Under the pieces are notes generated by a model that saw only the letters and a list, made by a program, of their open reading frames with translations, was not told where the DNA came from and made no database searches. Positions 26,481 to 30,202 of a stretch of DNA of 30,202 nt are shown in pieces. The stretch is from Archangium sp. (GTDB lineage: Bacteria > Myxococcota > Myxococcia > Myxococcales > Myxococcaceae), in the NCBI GenBank assembly GCA_031367385.1, contig JANLPS010000134.1:1-30202 (forward strand), written 5' to 3'. A program made the translations under genes and the position numbers. Position 1 is the first letter of the stretch. The number at the start of each line of letters is the position of its first letter.

Positions 26481-27700
26481 GGGTTTCGCGTCGCCAGAAA
26501 GAACAACCGCCGAGAGGCCACTGGTTGGTACGCATACCCGCCCAGCCTGGGCAGCATTTGAAACAGCGTATGAACGCCGTTGATCGGCACGGGTGGCAGC
26601 ACGCCAGACACCTTCATCACGCTCGAGCTCATCGAGACTGGGTCGAGCAGCGAGATGCCGCCGTCGGCCTGACCGGTGTTCACCACGATCTGCCCGAGGC
26701 ACTCGTCGACGAACCCGATGCCCTGGCTTTCATGCTTGGTGATCTCGATCGCGGCGGGGCCTGTGATCGCCACGGTCGACCACCGGGAGCGGGCCACGTC
26801 GTACGCCGAAAGAGAGCCTGCGGGCTTGTTGCGATCGGAGAAGACCAACAACCGGCCCCGCGCCGCATCGACCACCAACGGTGACTTGTAGAACGGCGGG
26901 TAGTCGATGACGTCACCGAGCGTGGTGAGGGTGCCCGAAGCCTGGTTCCACCGGGTGAGGTGGCCGCTGTTCTGCAATTGGTACACATCGCCGGTGCGAA
27001 AATCTTTGCCGGTCGGCGTCTCGGGCGACACGCTGTCCATTCGCGGGTTGGTGCCCTGGGGGTACCAGGTCTTGGTGAGGCTGCTCCACGAGTCGATGGT
27101 GGCGCTGTCGGCGCGGCCCCAAGTGCTGGTCACGGTGAAGCGAAAGACCGCGTCGCGCTGCTCGATGAACCAGGTCGAATAATACGGGTACCCCGAGGCC
27201 GGCTTGCCGTCTGAGTAATAGTCACCGCTGGTGTACGCCGAGGTCGCCGAAGGCGCGGTGACGATGACCCAGTCGGGGTCGTCGGCCTCGAGGTCGAGCT
27301 CGTACACTTCGTTGCCCCCGTAGTCTTGCCCGCCGGCGGCAGCCAGGTAGAGGCGACTGGTTCGGGTGTCAGCCGCGAACCCGCCCCACCCTTCGATGCG
27401 GCACGAGGTGCAGCCGCCCAACGGCTTCGGTGTCGCCGCAAGCGCCTGAAGGTCGGCGTTGAGCTCTTTCCATTCTCCGACGGCCATCGACGCTCGCCAC
27501 GCCGGGAGCTGGATGAGTGGAGGGCACAGCCCGCCGTCTGAGCTCGCGACCGTGCTGACGCACAGCTCATTGACGCAGACTTCGTTGGCCGCGCAGCCCT
27601 GGCCCGCGGCGAGGTCGCACCGTAGCGGCCCGGTCTGCGAAAAGGGGGGGAGCACGCAACCCGTTGCCAGCAGGGCGCACAGCATGAGGAGGCGCCTCAT
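26477..27700 (-). CDS. lipoprotein: Cys-rich N-terminal module plus Kelch-like beta-propeller
   Basis: Lipobox ATGC; C...C...VC...LC module; GG.DY.GNEVY.LDL motif shared with 27786-29156. Confidence 0.8.
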   Translation of the reverse strand: MRRLLMLCALLATGCVLPPFSQTGPLRCDLAAGQGCAANEVCVNELCVSTVASSDGGLCPPLIQLPAWRASMAVGEWKELNADLQALAATPKPLGGCTSCRIEGWGGFAADTRTSRLYLAAAGGQDYGGNEVYELDLEADDPDWVIVTAPSATSAYTSGDYYSDGKPASGYPYYSTWFIEQRDAVFRFTVTSTWGRADSATIDSWSSLTKTWYPQGTNPRMDSVSPETPTGKDFRTGDVYQLQNSGHLTRWNQASGTLTTLGDVIDYPPFYKSPLVVDAARGRLLVFSDRNKPAGSLSAYDVARSRWSTVAITGPAAIEITKHESQGIGFVDECLGQIVVNTGQADGGISLLDPVSMSSSVMKVSGVLPPVPINGVHTLFQMLPRLGGYAYQPVASRRLFFLATRNP

Positions 27701-27785
27701 CGGCCCACGGTCATATCGCGTCGCGTCAGGTGCGTCACAGCAAACCGCGCAACGACCTCGGGGAGCCGCATGTCACCCCGAGACG

Positions 27786-29156
27786 ATGAGAAACCAACTG
27801 TGCCTGTGTCTGCTGATCTTCACTGGTTGCGGCGTCGGAGAAGTCGAGGGCGACGACGATGCCGGCCGCCCCCGTGATGCGGGCCGCCGCTTCGAGTCGG
27901 CCACCCCCGATGCCGCGACCATTCAAGAAGAAGAAGACGCCGGCCAGAGTACGGGCGCGGTCGACGCCGGCACACCAGAGGTCATCGATGCCGGGCGGGC
28001 CCGCGACGCGGGAATGGTCCCCGCCGATGCGGGGGTTCGCGATGCAGGCGTTCGCGATGCAGGCACGAGCAATCCGCCTGGAGACGCTGGCACGGTGGTC
28101 ACCGGGTCGCGCGATGGAGGTTCGCCCTTTCCCCTTGGGTGGAGCCGCTTGCCTGGCACCACCTTGACCAGCGTCTGCCATGAGAGCGACCGCTTCTTCG
28201 GGTTCAACCAAGACTGCCGAGCGATCATCAACGCGTGGAGTGGCGGCGTCGGCGACACCAAGCGCAACCGGCTCGTCGTCTGGGGCGGCGGGCATTCTGA
28301 CTATTACGGCAACGAGGTGTACGCGCTCGACCTGGGGCAACGAAAGCTGCTCCGCCTCAATGACCCCACTCCGCTTTCGACCTACAGCGAGTGCGTCTCG
28401 ACCTTGAGCGACGGCAAGCCGACCACGCGGCACACCTACGGCGGGCTCACCTACCTGCCCAAGCTCGACAAGATGGCGCTCTTCGGCGGAGTCGCCTCAT
28501 GCCAGGCCGGTGGCTTCATGGACGACGTCTTTCTGCTCGACTTCGCCGCCCTCGACGCGACGCCGCAGAGCGCAGCAAATTGGGAGCACGTCATCGCCCA
28601 CGTGCCGAACCTCAACTACGGCGGCATTCTGGGGGCCTCAGACTACGACCCGGTGAGCGACTTGACCCTCGTGTACACCTCGCGCGGGCAGCTGCTCGCC
28701 TTCAACGCCGCCACCAACACCGCGCCCGTGGTGGGCACGCTCTCGAACGACGATGGCTACCACTACACCGGCGTCGTCGAGCCGGCGTTACGGCAGTTCT
28801 TCATCATCGGCGGAGGTCACGCGTGGTCATGGGCTCTGGGTTCAGGCACCAACGCCCCTGCCGTCGACCTGAAGTCACAACTCAAAGGCTGCGACCCGCT
28901 CATCTCGGCCGACTACCCGGGCCTGGTCTACGACCCCGACGAAAAGCGCATCGTGGCCTGGGCTGGTGGCCCGACGGTCTACGTGGTCGACCTGGCCACC
29001 AAGACCTGCACTCCGCACACCTTCACCGCCAATGCCCCAGGCGCGCAGGTCAACCAGGGTACGCACGGCCGGTTTCGGTACTTCCCCGCGTACAAGACCT
29101 TTTTGTTGGTCAATGAGCCCGAAGAAGACGCTTTCGTGTTGAACTTCTCGCCATGA
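27786..29156 (+). CDS. DAG-repeat lipoprotein with Kelch/galactose-oxidase-like beta-propeller
   Basis: Start MRNQLCLCLL, lipobox FTGC; 10 DAG motifs; Kelch-type GG blades (VVWGGG, ALFGG, FIIGGG, AWAGG). Confidence 0.82.
   Translation: MRNQLCLCLLIFTGCGVGEVEGDDDAGRPRDAGRRFESATPDAATIQEEEDAGQSTGAVDAGTPEVIDAGRARDAGMVPADAGVRDAGVRDAGTSNPPGDAGTVVTGSRDGGSPFPLGWSRLPGTTLTSVCHESDRFFGFNQDCRAIINAWSGGVGDTKRNRLVVWGGGHSDYYGNEVYALDLGQRKLLRLNDPTPLSTYSECVSTLSDGKPTTRHTYGGLTYLPKLDKMALFGGVASCQAGGFMDDVFLLDFAALDATPQSAANWEHVIAHVPNLNYGGILGASDYDPVSDLTLVYTSRGQLLAFNAATNTAPVVGTLSNDDGYHYTGVVEPALRQFFIIGGGHAWSWALGSGTNAPAVDLKSQLKGCDPLISADYPGLVYDPDEKRIVAWAGGPTVYVVDLATKTCTPHTFTANAPGAQVNQGTHGRFRYFPAYKTFLLVNEPEEDAFVLNFSP
28035..28064 (+). 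repeat. 15-bp intragenic tandem repeat (VRDAG x2)
   Basis: GTTCGCGATGCAGGC, two exact copies. Confidence 0.85.
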
Positions 29157-30103
29157 AGAACCCCTTGGTGCACCTGATGCGACGCTTTTCGTTGGCCCTG
29201 CTCTGCGCCTTTGCTGCCTGTGGCGAACCAGGCGCCGTATTAACAGACGCGAGGGCCGTCGATGGCGGCGGGGCGACGGGTGACGCAGGCAACACGCCCG
29301 ACGCGGGGATTGGGGCCTCACGCGACGCGGGCATGTCATTCGACGCGGGCATGTCATTCGACGCGGGAAAACTGTCAGACGCAGGCACTCCGCGCGACGC
29401 GGGCACGCGCGACTCTGGGCAGGTCACCATCACCGACGCTGGCTCACGCACGTCGTATTCACTCAACTTCGCGACCGCCGCGATCGAGAACCCCCTCTCC
29501 GCTGGAGGCGTATGGACGAACAACTCCCAGGGCACCGGCGGCAACGTGGCGCCCGGCAACCTGACGAGCATGCGGGTCGACCTGGCCTCTGACGGCGTCA
29601 CCCGCATCGCCTTCGATACCCACCCAGGCCTCTCGTACGACGACAGCTTCGCCTTCGTGCCCGGCTTCGCAGGCGACCAGTATGTCGAAGCCGTCATCTA
29701 CAAAGAGCCCGGCTACAACCCCAACGCCAGCGGCTCGAACCATGAGCTCGAGCTGATTCTGGGCTGCTCCTCGGTCGCGGGCGGCCGCACGTGGAATGAG
29801 TTTTTGATGAACTCAGGCGGGGGTGTCGACATCGTCTACTTGAGCGGCGGGCCGTCAGATTTCCAGTCGATCGGCAACGTCTCGGGCATCAGCGCCATAC
29901 CTGTCGATGGAGACGTCGTGCGGGCGACCCGAGTCGGCAACGTGCTGAGCCTGTACCTCAACGGCGCCTTGTGGCTGCGGTACGACGGGTCGAACCCGGC
30001 CGTGGTCGCCAAGGGCTCGGGCATTGGCATCGCCGCGTTCATTCGCCCCGGGGCCACGCACAACAAGTATGGGTTCAAGCAGGTGACCATGGGCTCGCTT
30101 TGA
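29153..30103 (+). CDS. DAG-repeat lipoprotein with beta-sandwich (lectin/ConA-like?) domain
   Basis: Lipobox FAAC; 8 DAG motifs; beta-rich C-terminus (GDVVRATRVGNVLSLYLNG, GIGI); ATGA coupling. Confidence 0.8.
   Translation: MKNPLVHLMRRFSLALLCAFAACGEPGAVLTDARAVDGGGATGDAGNTPDAGIGASRDAGMSFDAGMSFDAGKLSDAGTPRDAGTRDSGQVTITDAGSRTSYSLNFATAAIENPLSAGGVWTNNSQGTGGNVAPGNLTSMRVDLASDGVTRIAFDTHPGLSYDDSFAFVPGFAGDQYVEAVIYKEPGYNPNASGSNHELELILGCSSVAGGRTWNEFLMNSGGGVDIVYLSGGPSDFQSIGNVSGISAIPVDGDVVRATRVGNVLSLYLNGALWLRYDGSNPAVVAKGSGIGIAAFIRPGATHNKYGFKQVTMGSL
29323..29367 (+). repeat. 18-bp intragenic tandem repeat (DAGMSF x2.5)
   Basis: CGACGCGGGCATGTCATT x2 plus CGACGCGGG. Confidence 0.85.
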
Positions 30104-30118
30104 TGTACGGGGCGCGCC

Positions 30119-30202
30119 GTGCGCTTCGGGCTCCTCACACTCTTCTTCGTCGGTCTCGCCGGTTGTCAGTGCAACCGCGGCCATGTGCCGACGGTCGAGG
30201 GC
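30119..30202 (+). CDS. N-terminus of a further lipoprotein (truncated by window end)
   Basis: GTG start gives MRFGLLTLFFVGLAGCQCNRGHVPTVEG, with canonical lipobox LAGC; not in the ORF track. Confidence 0.7.
   Translation, partial: MRFGLLTLFFVGLAGCQCNRGHVPTVEG

Noticed and set aside
25671..26702. Extended starts in the ORF track (sigma 26702, SDR 2947, gpsA 5736, cytochrome 8642, hydrolase 17022, propeller 27459)
   Set aside because: They overlap neighbours or precede clear signal peptides or family N-termini; downstream starts fit better, some with stop/start coupling
30103..30202. ATG at 30103 (TGATG) as the start of the next gene
   Set aside because: That frame gives an Arg-rich, non-protein-like sequence; GTG 30119 gives a clean lipoprotein signal

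Overview
GC-rich, gene-dense bacterial DNA that looks myxobacterial (Myxococcales). The evidence is HRDVSPxN-type Ser/Thr kinases with PEGA domains, a Myxococcales-type ECF sigma factor, DAG-repeat lipoproteins, an FHA protein and a class II photolyase. There are about 29 CDSs; I found no rRNA, tRNA, CRISPR array or transposase. The left part holds a non-canonical QueA-like enzyme coupled to an SDR and a divergent XRE-cupin regulator, gpsA, a beta-propeller/di-haem cytochrome c lipoprotein and two two-component systems, one with His-rich Spy/CpxP-like partners. The right 10 kb (20061-30202) is an apparently uncharacterised surface-protein and signalling island: several DAG-stalked lipoproteins (one large, possibly lyase-like, and two paralogous propellers), a kinase-ZAS-kinase-TM-PEGA protein, an ECF sigma factor and a TPR-like protein. 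Two families of short palindromic REP-like elements occur; one copy of each overlaps a gene's 3' end. All family assignments come from motif recognition by eye, not database searches.
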